DNA of 64,000 nt, taken from assembly GCA_020137815.1 (NCBI GenBank), contig CM035350.1, positions 6,200,001 through 6,264,000 of the forward strand, written 5' to 3'. Below are positions 62,205-64,000 of this stretch, piece after piece. The position numbers and the translations under genes were made by a program. The DNA comes from Hormiphora californensis (taxonomy: Eukaryota > Animalia > Ctenophora). Numbering within the stretch: the first letter of the stretch is position 1; every line of letters begins with the position of its first letter. The notes under the pieces were generated by a model. That model saw only the letters and a program-made list of their open reading frames with translations, did no database searches and had not been told where the DNA came from.

Positions 62205-64000
62205 ATGCTCTCGAGGGTATGTCGGCGGTGTCTACCTCTCCGTGCTTCCCTCGCCCGGCCTGTCCAGCGCACCGTGCTCCTCTCAACCAAACCACCGACA
62301 ACATCAGGTGGATTAATATCACGGGCCCGAGAGGGGATTAGGAAGAACATATCCGGATACACCAGAGTACTCCTTGTTGTGACCGGGATGATGTGTGTGA
62401 TAGTCGTTGTCGCAGAGCAGAGTATCGCCGCAAACTCGGTGATAGTTAACGAGTTACCTCCTGCTCCCCCGCACGATATTTATAACTATCCTCTGGCATC
62501 ATTCGACCCCCTCCGAACCACTCCTCAGCTCTATTCAGCTCGAACTACTATGGTGAATGTTGTGGGGGCAAGGGGAAGTGGGAAGACAGAATATCTTCGG
62601 CAATACGCCGCAAATTTTATCAACGCCGGTCCACACGGTTATTACAAACTCCAAAAGTTGTCCAATCGAAGGTTTTGTAATGTGTTTGTAGTGGACGCTA
62701 GGAACGCTCAGACTCTCGCTCACTCCCTCGCCTATCTTTGCGGGAAGGTCCGACAGCCGAAGGGGACCGGAGGAGCCACGGAGAGTCACAATTACATTTC
62801 TGGAATCAAAGAGGCTCTTCTGAAGCAAAGTCGCTGGTTATTGATCTTCGAAAATGCAAATGGAGAACTCGATCTACCGGAGTTGTTAGACGGATTCGAG
62901 GATTGGGGTGATGGTCAGATTATTGTGACATCAGAGAAAGCTCTTCCAAACATGCCCCAAACACATCACATAACATCTCTTGTTCCCAGAGCTGTCGCGG
63001 AAAAGGTTTACTTCTCTGTAGCTCCTCCCGATGATGTCTTCAATCCCACGCTCCTTCATAAAGTATTCTCTGGTGATCTGAGGGCGGTTATGGCTGCTGG
63101 AAAGTGCGTTCAGATGGAGCAATCGCGTGGCGTCGACTTTTCGTTTCATAAACTGCAATCTCTCCTGACTGACTCTGCTGATCCGTGTACTGATGTCAAG
63201 AAGTTGTACTGTGGTTTGGTGGCCCTTGAAAATCCCAAACTCCTATTTGCACTCGATTTCTTGGGAAAGCTACCCGCCTCTGATGTACCAGTTCCTTACA
63301 AGTTCCTTCGGCAGCACATGAGAACCACAATGTACGATAACTTCTACGAGTCCCTCTACAATTACAGTAAACACCGAATCCAGGTGGCTCCAACCAAGGA
63401 TTATCCCCCCTCCGCCGGAACCTCCTAAAACGGACCCTTCGTCACTCTCATTCTTTGCGGCAAAACGTCGTGACTATTGCATCAAGCTGGGTTTAAATCC
63501 AGACAAAGATATTATCAAAGCAGCTGAAGGAGATGCGGGAGCAAATGATGCCCTCCCCTCCCGAAGACCCGGAGATGGCAATTCTAAAGGAGTGTCCTCT
63601 TCTCCACTTTTCGCCCAACTACGGTGGTCATATCGAAACATTTTCCTGTGGATCCACAAACACTGTCTGTCCTTGGGTCTCTCCATGAAGAGTTTACCTC
63701 ACATCTCCTGGAAGCTTCGCTGGTTTTGGAGCAAGAGCAGAAGTTCAAGCGAACATGGCTTGCTAAACTGTGGTCCTTTGATCAGTACCGAAACGAAAAA
63801 ACGATGAAAGCTCGAGCTGACATCCTTGGGAAGAGCAAGGTTCACCCTGTGGAAAAGTTACCAGAACACACGCCAAGTATCATGGATTACCTTCTTGTCT
63901 ATAGGGCAAATCCGATTTGTGATAAAAACATGGCAGAAGTATCAGGAGCTACACTACAAGCAGGTCCTGAGATCGGTTATGGCATTTGTGGATGTATCTG
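62205..64000 (+). CDS. NB-ARC/STAND-like P-loop NTPase with transit-peptide-like N-terminus and TM segment; runs off the window
   Basis: GARGSGKTE Walker A, WLLIFENA Walker B-like and GQIIVTSE. Arg-rich, acid-free N-terminus. Frameshifts after ~63400. Confidence 0.7.

Overview
Compact, intron-containing eukaryotic DNA, most likely a pleurobrachiid ctenophore. The main evidence is a 27-nt match to the Pleurobrachia spliced-leader (SL) sequence as I recall it; nested genes and short introns fit this. Host genes: an LDLa-type GPCR; CASC3/Barentsz hosting two nested genes; a minus-strand run (Sec-containing KDEL glutathione peroxidase, SMARCD, BAR-RhoGAP, double-PWWP protein, an orphan gene); and a tight plus-strand operon-like run (RAE1, IPO5, PIGV, FOPNL, small membrane ORF, DJ-1, two KH proteins, NB-ARC-like NTPase). 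The most striking signal is SL sequence written back into the genome by retrotransposition. A 1.16-kb ORF1-only retroposon begins with the SL, ends in (TAA)n and has an 8-bp TSD. A second SL relic sits 3 nt before the ATG of a CRE-like RT/RLE element, and a possible third precedes a nested intronless glycosyltransferase. Also notable are a TSD-flanked tandem array of a 322-bp tRNA-like unit with a terminal inversion, and a family of GG(G/A)GCCTG inverted termini bracketing both CRE-like elements. Many single-base frameshifts in conserved genes are probably assembly errors. No searches were run, so all family assignments rest on motif recognition.
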